Origin: Azonexus sp.
GTDB lineage: Bacteria; Pseudomonadota; Gammaproteobacteria; Burkholderiales; Rhodocyclaceae
Assembly: GCA_049294655.1 (NCBI GenBank)
Contig: JBAQDI010000049.1
Span: forward strand, 7,347 to 71,346
Length of the DNA stretch: 64,000 nt
Direction: 5' to 3'
Of the stretch, positions 45,553 through 56,864 are shown one piece after another (the stretch's first letter is position 1; the number at the start of each line of letters is the position of its first letter). Made by a program: the position numbers and the translations under genes. Under the pieces are notes generated by a model. It had not been told where the DNA came from. It searched no databases and saw only the letters and a program-made list of their open reading frames with translations.

Positions 45553-46166
45553 TGAAACAAGTTGATAAATCACACTACCAATTCCAGAACTACATGAGCA
45601 AGGCGCGGTGGTGCAGCCTGTGGCACCAACTGGATGAAATCCTCCGGACGGAGCCAGAAAAAGTACTTGAAATCGGTCAGGGGCAGGGATTGCTCAAGGC
45701 TATAGCAGCGCAGTATGGTATTCGGATCGAGACTCTGGATTTAGATCCGGAGCTAAATCCAGACCACATCGGATCGGCAACAGAAATACCTCTAGCAGAT
45801 AGCATGTTTGATGTTGTCTGCGCATTTCAGATGCTTGAGCATCTGCCATACGACTTGTCTTTACAGGCATTTCGGGAAATGGCGCGCGTCTGCCGCAAGC
45901 ATGTCATCATCAGTCTCCCCGATGCGAAACACATTTGGCGCTACCAGTTTCACGTACCAAAGATTGGTCCGATGGATTTCCTGATTCCACGCCCATCATT
46001 TGGGGAACAAACACACAAATTCGATGGTGAGCATTATTGGGAAATCAATAAAAAGGGCTACGGCCTTGATCGCGTAACCCGTGACTTTTCTAGCATTTGC
46101 AGGTTGATAAAGACCTATCGCGTCAGTGAAAACCCTTATCACCGCTTCTTCGTATTTGAAAAATAA
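45552..46166 (+). CDS. Class I SAM-dependent methyltransferase
   Basis: VLEIGQGQGLL (motif I), FDVVCAFQMLEHLP, and HVIISLP. The ATG overlaps the flippase stop. AT-rich. Confidence 0.7.
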   Translation: MKQVDKSHYQFQNYMSKARWCSLWHQLDEILRTEPEKVLEIGQGQGLLKAIAAQYGIRIETLDLDPELNPDHIGSATEIPLADSMFDVVCAFQMLEHLPYDLSLQAFREMARVCRKHVIISLPDAKHIWRYQFHVPKIGPMDFLIPRPSFGEQTHKFDGEHYWEINKKGYGLDRVTRDFSSICRLIKTYRVSENPYHRFFVFEK

Positions 46167-46258
46167 CGTCACGCGATACAGCCTGCGCTGGGGCAAGTAG
46201 CATTTGCACGAACTCGGGGCCATCACCCACGAAGTATTTGCGGAGCATCAGCCCAACC

Positions 46259-46801
46259 TCAGGGCTTGTCCAGCCAGAAAAGCGCCGTGATGGTCTTGGC
46301 GTCGCTAATCCGGCCGTCCCAGACGGCCTGTTTCGCTTCGGCCGGTGACAATTCGACGACTTCGAGGAACTCGTTGTGATCGAGTTCCTGGGACCCCGTA
46401 CCATGCAGGCCCCGCGCCGCGAAAATCTCGATGCGCTCGTCGGAGTAACCGATGCACGGGTGCATCACGCCGAGATATTCCCAGTCGCTGGCGGCATAGC
46501 CGGTTTCTTCCCTGAGTTCGCGCTGCGCCGTGTCGAGGATCGCTTCGCCAGCGTCGATCTTGCCGGCCGGCAGTTCGAGGAAAACGCGGCGTAGCGGATA
46601 GCGGAACTGGCGCTCGAATAGCAGATTGCCGTTGGGCAGGAAGGCGAGAATGACCACGGCACCGGGATGCACGATGTATTCGCGGATCGATTCCTGGCCG
46701 TTCGGCAACCCGACCCGGTCCTTGCGCACATTGAGCAGAACGCCCTTGAAGACCGATTCGGAAGAGATTTCGGATTCGATGAGGTGGCTATCGTGCGACA
46801 T
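46259..46801 (-). CDS. NUDIX hydrolase, ADP-ribose pyrophosphatase-like
   Basis: Nudix box GKIDAGEAILDTAQRELREETGY. 180 aa. Confidence 0.75.
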   Translation of the reverse strand: MSHDSHLIESEISSESVFKGVLLNVRKDRVGLPNGQESIREYIVHPGAVVILAFLPNGNLLFERQFRYPLRRVFLELPAGKIDAGEAILDTAQRELREETGYAASDWEYLGVMHPCIGYSDERIEIFAARGLHGTGSQELDHNEFLEVVELSPAEAKQAVWDGRISDAKTITALFWLDKP

Positions 46802-46866
46802 GCTTCAACTCCACAAAGTAAAACGCCCCGACAAGCGGGGCGTTGGTATTCAGACGATGTTTTCGC

Positions 46867-48387
46867 TCAGAGCGAGCGCAACAGCGAGTAGGCGCACAGC
46901 GACATGATGACCTGCGGGAAGATGCCGAGCACGGCGACCGCCAGGCCATTGGCGGAAACCAGGATCTGCACGTCAAGGCCGGCAGTGATCGGGGTTTCAT
47001 CGGTCGGGGCATCGAAGTACATCAGCTTGACGACGCGCAGATAGTAGAAGGCACCGATCAGCGAGAACAGGATGGCGGCGATTGCCAGCCACATGTAACC
47101 GGCGGCGACGACGGCCTGCAGCACGGCAAACTTGGCGAAGAAACCGATGAAGAACGGCACGCCGGCCATCGAGAACATCAGCATCAGCATGATGCCGGCA
47201 AACCACGGGCTGCGCTTGTTGAGGCCCTTGAAGTCATCGAGTTCGTCGGCTTCAAAGCCAGCGCGGGCCATCAGCAGGATCATGCCGAAGGTACCGGCCG
47301 ACATCAGCACGTAGGCGATCACGTAGAACATCGCCGAGCTGTAGGCATTGAGCACCAGACGGGCATCGCCGCCGACCACGCCGGTAACGATACCGAGCAG
47401 CATGAAGCCCATATGCGAGATGGCGGAATAGGCCAGCATGCGCTTGAGGTTGGTCTGGGCGATGGCGGCAAGATTGCCGACCGCCATCGAGAGCACCGCC
47501 AGAATGGTCAGCATGTCCTGCCAGTCAGCTGCCATCGGGAACAGCCCGTTGACCAGCAAACGCATGACAATGGCGAAAGCGGCCAGTTTCGGGGCGGAAC
47601 CGAGGAACAACGTGACCGAGGTCGGGGCGCCGTGATAGACGTCCGGAATCCACATATGGAAAGGCACGACGCCCAGTTTGAAAGCCAGGCCGGCAACCAG
47701 GAAGACCAGGCCGAAGACCAGCACGCCGCGGTTGACACCGCCACTCAGCAGGCGCTCGGCGACAGCGGTGATTTCCAGCGTACCGGTGGCACCGTAGATC
47801 ATCGACATGCCGTAGAGCAGCAGGCCGGAAGCCAGCGCACCGAGCACGAAATACTTCATCGCCGCTTCGCAGGCCGCCACGGAGGTACGGTTCATCGCGA
47901 CCATCGCGTAAAGCGACAGGGAAAGCAGTTCGATACCGAGATAGACGGTCAGGAAATGATTGGCGGAAATCATCACCAGCATGCCCAGCGTCGCGAACAG
48001 CGCCAGCACGTAGTACTCGCCCTTGTTCATCTCCGGACGGTCGATGATGTAGCCACGCGAATAGAACATGACGACAAAGACGACGATGTACAGGAAGAAC
48101 TTCAGGACATCGGCCATGAGGTCCAGCACGAACATGTTGCTGAAGGTGTAGGTGACCTGCGACAGGCTTTCCAGCCCGGCCGGGTTGTCGAGGACAACGG
48201 CGCTGAAATAGGGGGCGCCCCGCCAGACGATCAGGGTCAGCAAGGTTGCCTGGGTCAACAGGAAGGTCACGGTGCGACGGCTATCCTTGACCAGCAGGTC
48301 GATCATCAGAATGGCCAGGGCCATTGCCGCCAGGAACAGTTCCGGGGCGGCAGGCAGGAGATCGGGAACAACAAAATTGTCGAACAT
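46867..48387 (-). CDS. nuoN: NADH-quinone oxidoreductase subunit N
   Basis: 506-aa antiporter-like membrane protein. Last gene of the nuo operon by order. Confidence 0.9.
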   Translation of the reverse strand: MFDNFVVPDLLPAAPELFLAAMALAILMIDLLVKDSRRTVTFLLTQATLLTLIVWRGAPYFSAVVLDNPAGLESLSQVTYTFSNMFVLDLMADVLKFFLYIVVFVVMFYSRGYIIDRPEMNKGEYYVLALFATLGMLVMISANHFLTVYLGIELLSLSLYAMVAMNRTSVAACEAAMKYFVLGALASGLLLYGMSMIYGATGTLEITAVAERLLSGGVNRGVLVFGLVFLVAGLAFKLGVVPFHMWIPDVYHGAPTSVTLFLGSAPKLAAFAIVMRLLVNGLFPMAADWQDMLTILAVLSMAVGNLAAIAQTNLKRMLAYSAISHMGFMLLGIVTGVVGGDARLVLNAYSSAMFYVIAYVLMSAGTFGMILLMARAGFEADELDDFKGLNKRSPWFAGIMLMLMFSMAGVPFFIGFFAKFAVLQAVVAAGYMWLAIAAILFSLIGAFYYLRVVKLMYFDAPTDETPITAGLDVQILVSANGLAVAVLGIFPQVIMSLCAYSLLRSL

Positions 48388-48399
48388 GTCGGCTACCGT

Positions 48400-49881
48400 T
48401 TAGTGAATCTTGCTGATGGATACGTGATTCAGCAGCTCGTTGACCGAAGCGTGCATGACTTCCGTGAAAGGCTGCGGATAGAGGCCCATGCCCAGGGTGC
48501 ACAAAGCCAGTACACCGAGGATGGCGAATTCGCGCTTGTTGATGTCGGTGAGTTCGGCAACGTGATGATTGGCCACATCGCCGAAAATCACGCGCTTGTA
48601 CATCCACAGCGTGTAGGCAGCGCCCACCACCATCGAACTGGCAGCAGCAAAGGCGACCCAGAAATTGAACTTGACGGCACCCAGGATGATCATGAACTCG
48701 CCGACAAAGCCGGAGGTTGCGGGCAAGCCGGCATTGGCCATGGAGAACAGCATGAACAGGGCGGCAAATTTCGGCATGGTGTTGACCACACCGCCGTAAT
48801 CGGCGATCTGGCGGCTATGCACGCGGTCGTACATGACGCCGATACAGAAGAACATGGCGCCCGAGACGAAACCGTGCGAGATCATCTGGACCAACGCACC
48901 TTCGATGCCCATCGAGCTGAACATGAAGAAACCCAGGGTCACGAAGCCCATGTGGGCAATCGAGGAATAGGCCACCAGCTTCTTCATGTCGGACTGCACC
49001 AGGGCGACGAAGCCGATATAGACAACGGCGATCAGCGACAGGGCCAGGACCAGACCGGAAAGTTGATGTGAGGCATCCGGCGTGATCGGCAGCGAGAAAC
49101 GCAGGAAACCGTAGGCGCCAAGTTTAAGGGCGATGGCGGCCAGCACGATGGAACCGCCAGTCGGCGCTTCAACGTGGGCATCCGGCAACCAGGTATGGAC
49201 CGGCCACATCGGGACCTTGACGGCGAAGGCAATCAGGAAGGCGAGGAAGATCCAGATCTGCGGACCGAGCGCGATCGGCAACTTGTGCCAGTCGAGAATG
49301 GAGAAGCTGCCACCGGACTGGACGAACAGGTACATCAGGGCGAGCAGGAAGAACAGCGAGCCGAACAGCGTGTAGAGGAAGAACTTGAAGGCGGCGTAAA
49401 CCCGGTTCGGGCCGCCCCAGACACCGATGATCAGGTAGAGCGGGATCAGCGAGGCTTCGAAGAAGACGTAGAACAGCATGCCGTCGAGCGAGGTGAAGAT
49501 ACCGTTCATCAGGCCGGACATGATCAGGAAGGCGGCGTTGTACTGGGCGACCTTGGTCTTGATGACTTCCCAGCCGGCAGCCACGACGATGATCGTGATG
49601 AAGGCATTGAGCAGCACGAAGATCATCGAGATGCCATCAACCCCGAGGTGGTAGTTGATGTTGAAGCGGGGAATCCAGGTGCTGAGTTCTTCGAACTGCA
49701 TGCCACTCTTGGTGACATCGAAACCGGTCCATAAGGGGATGGTCACCAGGAAACCGGCGATTGCCCCGAACAGGGCAAGCATGCGGGCGAGCGGCGCATT
49801 CCGGTCGGAGCCGGTGGCCAGGACACCCAGACCGGCGAAGATCGGGATCCAGATGGCAAGGGAAATGAGGTGATTCGACAT
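48400..49881 (-). CDS. nuoM: NADH-quinone oxidoreductase subunit M
   Basis: 493-aa antiporter-like subunit, with WLPDAHVEAPTGGSIVLA and matching operon position. Confidence 0.9.
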   Translation of the reverse strand: MSNHLISLAIWIPIFAGLGVLATGSDRNAPLARMLALFGAIAGFLVTIPLWTGFDVTKSGMQFEELSTWIPRFNINYHLGVDGISMIFVLLNAFITIIVVAAGWEVIKTKVAQYNAAFLIMSGLMNGIFTSLDGMLFYVFFEASLIPLYLIIGVWGGPNRVYAAFKFFLYTLFGSLFFLLALMYLFVQSGGSFSILDWHKLPIALGPQIWIFLAFLIAFAVKVPMWPVHTWLPDAHVEAPTGGSIVLAAIALKLGAYGFLRFSLPITPDASHQLSGLVLALSLIAVVYIGFVALVQSDMKKLVAYSSIAHMGFVTLGFFMFSSMGIEGALVQMISHGFVSGAMFFCIGVMYDRVHSRQIADYGGVVNTMPKFAALFMLFSMANAGLPATSGFVGEFMIILGAVKFNFWVAFAAASSMVVGAAYTLWMYKRVIFGDVANHHVAELTDINKREFAILGVLALCTLGMGLYPQPFTEVMHASVNELLNHVSISKIH

Positions 49882-49902
49882 GTTATTCCTGGCTTTTCTG
49901 CG

Positions 49903-51990
49903 TTACACGGGCCGAACCCAGAGGGCCAGCAAGACGAGCAGGCCGAAAATCATTGTGAAGGCGTAGTGATAGACATAACCGGTCTGGAACAGACGGGTGA
50001 TATTGGAAACCAGGCCGACCGCCTTGGTCGCGCCGTTGATGATCAGACCATCGATGATCCCGACATCGCCACCGCGCCAGAAAACCGTACCGAGCAGGCG
50101 GGCACCGCCGGCAACCACGACATCGTTGAACTTGTCGAAGTAGTACTTGTTTTCGAACAGCGTATTGATCGCCGAGAAGCGACGCTGGATGGCGGCCGGG
50201 ATGTCCGGACGCTTCATGTAGAAGAACCAGGAAACGACCACACCACTCAAGGCCAGGATGAACGGCAGACTGGTGAAGGAATGCGTCGCCATGCCCACGG
50301 CGTTATGGAAGTGCTCGTGGAAATTCTCGGTGAGGTGCTCCATTGCGGGATGGATTTCCGTATTGGTGAAAATCACCGGAATCCCGTTGGTCCCCGGAAT
50401 GATTGTCTTGAAATATTCACCGTAGAGCATCGGCTCGATGGCAAAGAAACCAATGGCGAGCGACGGGATGGCCAGCAGGACCAGCGGCAGGGTCACAACC
50501 CATGGCGTTTCGTGCGGCTTCTGGCCCGGGGCCAAACCGTGATGGTGGTCAGCGGAAACTTCCTCATCATCGTGATCACCCTCGTGATCGTGATGCGCGT
50601 CGTGACCGTGCGCCTTGCCGAAACGCTCTTCGCCATGGAAAACCAGGAAGTACATCCGGAAGGAGTAGAAGGCAGTGACAAAAACGCCGGCAAGCACCGC
50701 ATAGTAGGCAAAAGCGGCACCCGGCTGACCGGCATGGAAAGCCACTTCGGCAGCTTCGATGATCGAGTCCTTGGAGTAGAAGCCAGACAGGAAAGGTGTG
50801 CCGATCAGGGCCAGCGAACCGATCAGCGAGGTAATCCAGGTGATTGGCATGTACTTGCGCAGGCCGCCCATGTTGCGGATGTCCTGATCGTGGTGCATGC
50901 CGATGATCACGGAACCGGCGCCAAGGAACAGCAATGCCTTGAAGAAGGCGTGCGTCATCAGGTGGAAGATGGCCACCGAGTAGGCGGAGGCACCGAGCGC
51001 GACGGTCATGTAGCCGAGCTGCGACAGCGTCGAGTAGGCAACGACACGCTTGATGTCGTTCTGGATGATGCCGAGGAAACCCATGAACAGCGCGGTGATG
51101 GCGCCAATGATCAGGACGAAGGACAAGGCGGTCGTAGACAACTCGAACAGCGGCGACATGCGGGCGACCATGAAAATACCGGCGGTCACCATGGTTGCCG
51201 CGTGGATCAGCGCGGAGATCGGCGTCGGGCCTTCCATCGAATCGGGCAGCCAGACGTGCAGCGGAACCTGGGCCGACTTGCCCATGGCGCCGATGAACAG
51301 GCAGATACAGGTAACGGTCATCAGCGACCAGTCAGCGGCACCCCAGATGTTGATCGTCGTGGCAGCCAGTTCCGGCGCCTTGTTGAACACCGTGGCGTAA
51401 TCGAGCGAGCCGAAATGGGCGAGGACCAGACCGATACCGAGGATGAAGCCAAAGTCACCGACGCGGTTGACCAGGAAGGCCTTCATGTTGGCGAAGATAG
51501 CGGTCGGCCGGGTGTACCAGAAACCGATCAGCAGGTAGGAGACGAGACCGACAGCTTCCCAGCCGAAGAAGAGCTGCATGAAGTTGTTGCTCATCACCAG
51601 CATCAGCATGGAGAAGGTGAACAACGAGATGTAGCTGAAGAAGCGGTTGTAGCCCGGGTCTTCCTGCATGTAGCCGATGGTGTAGATGTGCACCATCAGG
51701 GAGACGAAGGTGACGACCAGCATCATCGTCGTGGTCAGCGTGTCGATCAGGAAGCCAACTTCGAACTTGTAGTCGCCGCTGGTCAGCCAGGTATAGACCG
51801 GGCCGTTGAAGGTGTTACCGGCCTGCACGTCCTTGAAGATGATCACGGACAGGGCAAAGGCGGCCCCCACGCCGGCGATGGTCACGGTATGCGCCAGCCA
51901 GCGCGGAATGACGCGACAGAACAGGCCGGCAATGATGGCGCCGAACAAGGGCGCGAGCGGGACCAGCAGGTAAAGTTTCTGCATTTCCAT
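49903..51990 (-). CDS. nuoL: NADH-quinone oxidoreductase subunit L
   Basis: 695 aa with WLPDSMEGPTPISALIHAATMVTAG, a long C-terminal amphipathic region, and a His/Asp-rich insert. Confidence 0.9.
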   Translation of the reverse strand: MEMQKLYLLVPLAPLFGAIIAGLFCRVIPRWLAHTVTIAGVGAAFALSVIIFKDVQAGNTFNGPVYTWLTSGDYKFEVGFLIDTLTTTMMLVVTFVSLMVHIYTIGYMQEDPGYNRFFSYISLFTFSMLMLVMSNNFMQLFFGWEAVGLVSYLLIGFWYTRPTAIFANMKAFLVNRVGDFGFILGIGLVLAHFGSLDYATVFNKAPELAATTINIWGAADWSLMTVTCICLFIGAMGKSAQVPLHVWLPDSMEGPTPISALIHAATMVTAGIFMVARMSPLFELSTTALSFVLIIGAITALFMGFLGIIQNDIKRVVAYSTLSQLGYMTVALGASAYSVAIFHLMTHAFFKALLFLGAGSVIIGMHHDQDIRNMGGLRKYMPITWITSLIGSLALIGTPFLSGFYSKDSIIEAAEVAFHAGQPGAAFAYYAVLAGVFVTAFYSFRMYFLVFHGEERFGKAHGHDAHHDHEGDHDDEEVSADHHHGLAPGQKPHETPWVVTLPLVLLAIPSLAIGFFAIEPMLYGEYFKTIIPGTNGIPVIFTNTEIHPAMEHLTENFHEHFHNAVGMATHSFTSLPFILALSGVVVSWFFYMKRPDIPAAIQRRFSAINTLFENKYYFDKFNDVVVAGGARLLGTVFWRGGDVGIIDGLIINGATKAVGLVSNITRLFQTGYVYHYAFTMIFGLLVLLALWVRPV

Positions 51991-51992
51991 GG

Positions 51993-52304
51993 TTAACCCT
52001 TCAGGCTGTCCAGGTCATCCACATGGATGCTCTTGAGGTTGCGGAACAGCACGATCAATATGGCGAGGCCAATGGCGGATTCGGCGGCGGCGACAGTCAG
52101 GATGAAGAAGACGAAGATCTGGCCGTTCAAGTCCTGCAGATAGTGCGAAAAGGCGACGAAATTCATATTGACCGCGAGCAGCATCAGTTCGATGGCCATC
52201 AGCAGCACCAGCAGATTCTTCCGGTTCAGGAAGATGCCGACAACGCTGATCGCGAACAGGATCGCGCCCAGAATCAGAAAATGCGAGAGTGAAAGAGTTA
52301 GCAT
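51993..52304 (-). CDS. nuoK: NADH-quinone oxidoreductase subunit K
   Basis: 103 aa, 3 TM, with [13 protein letters not shown]. Confidence 0.9.
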   Translation of the reverse strand: MLTLSLSHFLILGAILFAISVVGIFLNRKNLLVLLMAIELMLLAVNMNFVAFSHYLQDLNGQIFVFFILTVAAAESAIGLAILIVLFRNLKSIHVDDLDSLKG

Positions 52305-52318
52305 GGTCTTCCCGGGGT

Positions 52319-52924
52319 TCAGTCTTTTTCAACCGGCATCTGCAGAACGCGAACGCGATCCTTCGCCTTGACGAAGAGCTGCTGATTTGGGTTGGTGTAC
52401 TTGGTCTTCTTGGGACCGCGGTAGGTCAGAACAATCGCTGCGATCATGCCGACCAGCAGCACGATGGAAGCAAGCTCGAACGGATAGACATAGTCGCTGA
52501 ACATCAGCGCACCGATAGCCTTGGTATTCGAGACACCAGCCGGCAGAACAGCTTCGGCAGCGGGCACCTGGAAGTACTTGCTGCCCAGCACCAGCCCCAT
52601 CTCGAGGACCAGCAACAGGCCGAGCAAGGCGCCCAGCGGCAGATAGTTCCAGAAGCCCTGGCGGATGCGATCCATGTTGATGTCGAGCATCATCACGACG
52701 AACAGGAAGAGCACCATGACCGCCCCGACATAGACCAGAATGATGGCGATGGCCAGGAATTCGGCTTGCAGCAACGCCCAGATACCGCCGCAGGTAAAGA
52801 AGGCAAGAATCAGATGCAGGGCCGCATGCACCGGGTTGCGGGCGGTAATCACCCGCAAGCTGGCAACGATGAGAATCGCCGACAGGAAGAAAAAGACCAG
52901 AGTCTGAAAATCCATCACAGGCAC
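52319..52924 (-). CDS. nuoJ: NADH-quinone oxidoreductase subunit J
   Basis: 201-aa membrane protein at the expected operon position. Confidence 0.85.
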   Translation of the reverse strand: MPVMDFQTLVFFFLSAILIVASLRVITARNPVHAALHLILAFFTCGGIWALLQAEFLAIAIILVYVGAVMVLFLFVVMMLDINMDRIRQGFWNYLPLGALLGLLLVLEMGLVLGSKYFQVPAAEAVLPAGVSNTKAIGALMFSDYVYPFELASIVLLVGMIAAIVLTYRGPKKTKYTNPNQQLFVKAKDRVRVLQMPVEKD

Positions 52925-52927
52925 CCG

Positions 52928-53416
52928 TTATCGGTAAGTGGCATCAAGCGCACGGTCCTGGGCGATCTGATCTTCATAACGATCACCGTTGGCCAGCAAC
53001 ATCTGCTTGGTGTAGTACAGGTCACCACGCTTCTCGCCGTGGTATTCGAAAACGCGGGTTTCAACGACGGCGTCGACCGGGCAGGCTTCTTCGCAGAAAC
53101 CGCAGAAGATGCACTTGGTCAGATCGATGTCGTAGCGCGTCGTGCGACGTGAACCGTCATCACGCGGCTCAGCCTCGATGGTGATTGCCATGGCCGGGCA
53201 GATCGCTTCGCACAGCTTGCAGGCAATGCAGCGCTCTTCGCCATTCTCGTAGCGGCGCAGGGCATGCAGGCCACGGAAGCGGAAGCTCTGCGGCGTCTTT
53301 TCTTCGGGATACTGGACGGTGATCTTGCGGGCAAAGAAATACTTGCCGGTCACCGCCATCCCTTTCAACAGCTCCTTGAGGAGGAGGCTGTTGAAGATTT
53401 CCTTCATCGAACCCAT
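52928..53416 (-). CDS. nuoI: NADH-quinone oxidoreductase subunit I
   Basis: Two 4Fe-4S ferredoxin motifs ([24 protein letters not shown]). Confidence 0.9.
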   Translation of the reverse strand: MGSMKEIFNSLLLKELLKGMAVTGKYFFARKITVQYPEEKTPQSFRFRGLHALRRYENGEERCIACKLCEAICPAMAITIEAEPRDDGSRRTTRYDIDLTKCIFCGFCEEACPVDAVVETRVFEYHGEKRGDLYYTKQMLLANGDRYEDQIAQDRALDATYR

Positions 53417-53426
53417 AAGTCTCTCC

Positions 53427-54476
53427 TCACTTCCAGATATTCAGGGGGGACATCATCCAGCACCCCACGACAACCAACCAGACGATGCTGATCGGCACAA
53501 ACACTTTCCAGCCCAGGCGCATCAGCTGGTCATAGCGATAACGCGGGAAGGTGGCACGGAACCAGAGGAAAAGGAAAAGAATGACCGACATCTTGGCAAA
53601 CAGCCAGAGAATGCCGTCGGGCAGGAAGCCGACCGGCGACAGCCAGCCCCCGAGGAACAGGATCGAGGTCAATGCCGAGACCAGGATCATGTTGGCGTAT
53701 TCGGCCAGGAAGAAGACGGCGAAGGCCATGCCTGAGTATTCGACGAAGAAGCCGGCGACGATTTCCGTTTCGCCTTCAGCGATGTCGAACGGCGCGCGGT
53801 TCGTTTCAGCGACCCCCGAGATCAGGTAGACCACGAACATCGGCAGCAGCGGCAGCCAGTTCCAGGACAGGAAACCCAGGCCCATGTCAGCCAGACGACC
53901 TTGCTGCTGAACATTGACGATTTCGACAAGATTCAGGCTGTTAGAAATCATCAGCACGCAGATCAGCGAGAAGCCCATCGAGATTTCGTAGGACACCATC
54001 TGTGCCGCGGAGCGCATGGCACCGAGGAAGGCGTACTTGGAATTGGACGCCCAACCGGACAGGATCACGCCATAGACGCCCATCGAGGTGATGGCCATGA
54101 TGTAAAGCAGGCTGGCGTCGATATTGGCCAGCACCAGGGTATCGGTGAAAGGCACCACCGCCCAGGCAGCCAGGGCCGGCGCCAGGGCCAGCATCGGGGC
54201 GATGATGAAGATGCCCTTGTTGGCACCGCTTGGAATGATCACTTCCTTGAGCAGCAGCTTCAGACCGTCGGCAATCGGCTGGATCAGACCCCAGGGACCG
54301 ACGCGGTTCGGCCCGATGCGGACCTGCATGAAGCCGATGACCTTGCGTTCGAAGTAGGTCAGGTAGGCAACGCCCAGCAGCAGCGGGGCAACGATCAGAA
54401 CGATCTTGATCAGGGTCCAGACGCCCGGCCAGATGCCGCCGAAGATGCCCTCTCCGAAACTCATCACTGCGTCCAT
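53427..54476 (-). CDS. nuoH: NADH-quinone oxidoreductase subunit H
   Basis: 349 aa with [25 protein letters not shown] and ETNRAPFD. Confidence 0.9.
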   Translation of the reverse strand: MDAVMSFGEGIFGGIWPGVWTLIKIVLIVAPLLLGVAYLTYFERKVIGFMQVRIGPNRVGPWGLIQPIADGLKLLLKEVIIPSGANKGIFIIAPMLALAPALAAWAVVPFTDTLVLANIDASLLYIMAITSMGVYGVILSGWASNSKYAFLGAMRSAAQMVSYEISMGFSLICVLMISNSLNLVEIVNVQQQGRLADMGLGFLSWNWLPLLPMFVVYLISGVAETNRAPFDIAEGETEIVAGFFVEYSGMAFAVFFLAEYANMILVSALTSILFLGGWLSPVGFLPDGILWLFAKMSVILFLFLWFRATFPRYRYDQLMRLGWKVFVPISIVWLVVVGCWMMSPLNIWK

Positions 54477-56807
54477 TTATGCACGCTCCACGGAAATCAG
54501 GCCGAACATCTCGCCCAGCGCAGCCGTGCTGGCGTGGGCCGCGGCAACGCGAACACAAGCAGCCGGCACATTGTTGTCGGCCCTGGCGACCAGAACGGCC
54601 TCACCATTGCCCTGTTTGACGCGAACCTGGGCTCCGTCGGCAAGGCCGAGTTGAGCCAGGGTCTGCGCATTGATACGGGCCGTCGGCGCGATGGCATCCG
54701 CCGTCTGCAGCAAGGCCGGCGAACGCCGGGCCATGGCATCGGCAAAATTGATCGGCACATCGGCAATGCGTTGCAGGCCATCGACGACCGCCGGCAGCGC
54801 GATGGCGACGCCGTTCAGGCCATTATCGAGATTGGCAACGAACTCGGCGCCCTTGCCGAGCACTTCGTCGCGCACCGCTTCGCTCGATTCGTAGGCGAAA
54901 CCGTCGAGGGTCAGGACGTTGCCGAGGACACGCAAAAGCTTCCAGGCCGGACGCGCATCGCCACGGGCCTTGACGACACCGTTGAAGCTCTGCACCCGGC
55001 CTTCGATATTGACGAAGGTACCGGCTGTTTCGGTGTAAGGCGCGATCGGCAGGATCACGTCGGCGTATTCCAGGGCCAGGTCGTTCTTGAAGGCCGAGGC
55101 AAAGACAACCAGGCTAGCCTGCTTCAGGGCGGCAAAGGCGACTTGCGGATTGGCGTAATCGAATTCCGGTTCGATACCGAGCAGGAAGTAAGCCTTGCGC
55201 GGCTGTTCGAACATCTGGCGGGCATTGGCACCCGCTGGCAGGGCCCAGCCGGCGTGACCGCCGACGACGTTAGCCGCTTCGCCGAGGAAACCGACGGTCG
55301 CGCCGGTCAGCTTGCCGAGCTCGAGCGCCAGGGCGTGCAATTGAGTGGCTTGCGCCGACTGCGTCGCGACATTGCCGAGGAAGATAGCGCGCTTTTCACC
55401 TTCGAGCAGGCTCTGCGCGATTTTCTTGCTGGTTTCGCAGACGGCCACAGTTTCCAGACCGGCCGGCACGGCAGCGCCCTTGATTTCGGCGGCGGCCTTG
55501 ACGACAGCTGCCAGCGACTGGGCCAGTTGCGCCGGTGCCACCGTCAGGTTGGCGTGCAGCTGGATCAGCTGATCGTCGCCAGCCACCGACAGCAGGCTGA
55601 CCTTGGTGTATTTCTTGGCGGCCTGGCGCAGGCGCTGAGCGATCAGCGGATGATCCTTGCGCAGGAAGGAGCCGACCACCAATGCGGCGTCGAGATCCTT
55701 GATCTCGGCCAGCTTGAGGCCCAGCCACGGCGTCCCGGCACGCTTGAAATCGGTGGCGAAATCGATCTGGCGCGGACGGAAATCGACATTGCCGCTGCCC
55801 AGGCCCTTGAAGACCTTGCCCAGCAGATAGAGTTCTTCCAGCGTCGAGGCCGGCGAAGCCAGCGCGGCGATGGCGTCACCGCCATGATTGCGCGCAACAT
55901 CCTTGAGACCGTGGGCGACGTAATCGAGCGCCACGTTCCAGTCGACTTCACGCCACTCGCCACCCTGCTTGACCAGGGGCTTGGTCAGCCGCTGGTCGGA
56001 GTTCAGGGCCTGATACGAGAAACGTTCCTTGTCGGAAATCCAGCACTCGTTAACTTCTTCATTTTCCCGCGGCAGCACGCGCATCACGTTGTCGTGCTTG
56101 ACCTGGACAACCAGGTTGGCACCGACGGAATCGTGCGGGCTGACCGACTTGCGGCGCTGCAGTTCCCATGAACGAGCGGTGTAACGGAATGGCTTGGAGG
56201 TCAGCGCACCGACCGGGCACAGGTCAATCATGTTGCCCGACAATTCGGAATCAACGCTGCGACCGACAAAGGTCATGATCTCGGAATGCATGTTGCGGTT
56301 GGCCATGCCGAGTTCCATGATGCCGGCAACTTCCTGACCAAAACGCACGCAACGGGTGCAGTGAATGCAGCGGCTCATTTCCTGCATGGAAATCAGCGGC
56401 CCGACATTCTTGTGGAAGACGACGTGCTTATCTTCGGTGTAGCGGCTCTTCATCGGACCGTAGCCGACCGACATGTCCTGCAGCTGGCATTCGCCGCCCT
56501 GATCGCAGATCGGGCAATCCAGGGGGTGATTGATCAGCAGGAACTCCATCACGCCCTTCTGCGCCTTGACGGCCAGTTCGGAGTGGGTGAAGACCTTCAT
56601 GCCGTTGGTCACCGGCGTTGCACAAGCGGGCAACGGCTTCGGCGCCTTTTCCACCTGGACCAGACACATCCGGCAGTTGGCGGCAATCGAGAGTTTCTTG
56701 TGGTAGCAGAAATGCGGGATGTACACGCCAACCTGCTGCGCGGCGTCCATCACCGTGCTGCCGTCGGGCACTTGCGCTTTCTTGCCGTCGATTTCGATTT
56801 CTAGCAT
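54477..56807 (-). CDS. nuoG: NADH-quinone oxidoreductase subunit G
   Basis: 776 aa with N-terminal 2Fe-2S/4Fe-4S motifs (CYHKKLSIAANCRMCLV; CPICDQGGECQLQD) and a molybdopterin-like fold. Confidence 0.9.
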   Translation of the reverse strand: MLEIEIDGKKAQVPDGSTVMDAAQQVGVYIPHFCYHKKLSIAANCRMCLVQVEKAPKPLPACATPVTNGMKVFTHSELAVKAQKGVMEFLLINHPLDCPICDQGGECQLQDMSVGYGPMKSRYTEDKHVVFHKNVGPLISMQEMSRCIHCTRCVRFGQEVAGIMELGMANRNMHSEIMTFVGRSVDSELSGNMIDLCPVGALTSKPFRYTARSWELQRRKSVSPHDSVGANLVVQVKHDNVMRVLPRENEEVNECWISDKERFSYQALNSDQRLTKPLVKQGGEWREVDWNVALDYVAHGLKDVARNHGGDAIAALASPASTLEELYLLGKVFKGLGSGNVDFRPRQIDFATDFKRAGTPWLGLKLAEIKDLDAALVVGSFLRKDHPLIAQRLRQAAKKYTKVSLLSVAGDDQLIQLHANLTVAPAQLAQSLAAVVKAAAEIKGAAVPAGLETVAVCETSKKIAQSLLEGEKRAIFLGNVATQSAQATQLHALALELGKLTGATVGFLGEAANVVGGHAGWALPAGANARQMFEQPRKAYFLLGIEPEFDYANPQVAFAALKQASLVVFASAFKNDLALEYADVILPIAPYTETAGTFVNIEGRVQSFNGVVKARGDARPAWKLLRVLGNVLTLDGFAYESSEAVRDEVLGKGAEFVANLDNGLNGVAIALPAVVDGLQRIADVPINFADAMARRSPALLQTADAIAPTARINAQTLAQLGLADGAQVRVKQGNGEAVLVARADNNVPAACVRVAAAHASTAALGEMFGLISVERA

Positions 56808-56864
56808 GTCGCTACCTTGTAGCCTGACTTTTCGTCGTTGATTTCGTTACTAACCCGCACCCGA

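Noticed and set aside
46843-56171. Long plus-strand ORFs (742, 708, 287 and 756 aa) across the nuo operon
   Set aside because: All are antisense to nuoN, M, L, J, I, H and G, which have unmistakable complex I motifs. The translations are His/Asp/Gly/Gln-rich low complexity.
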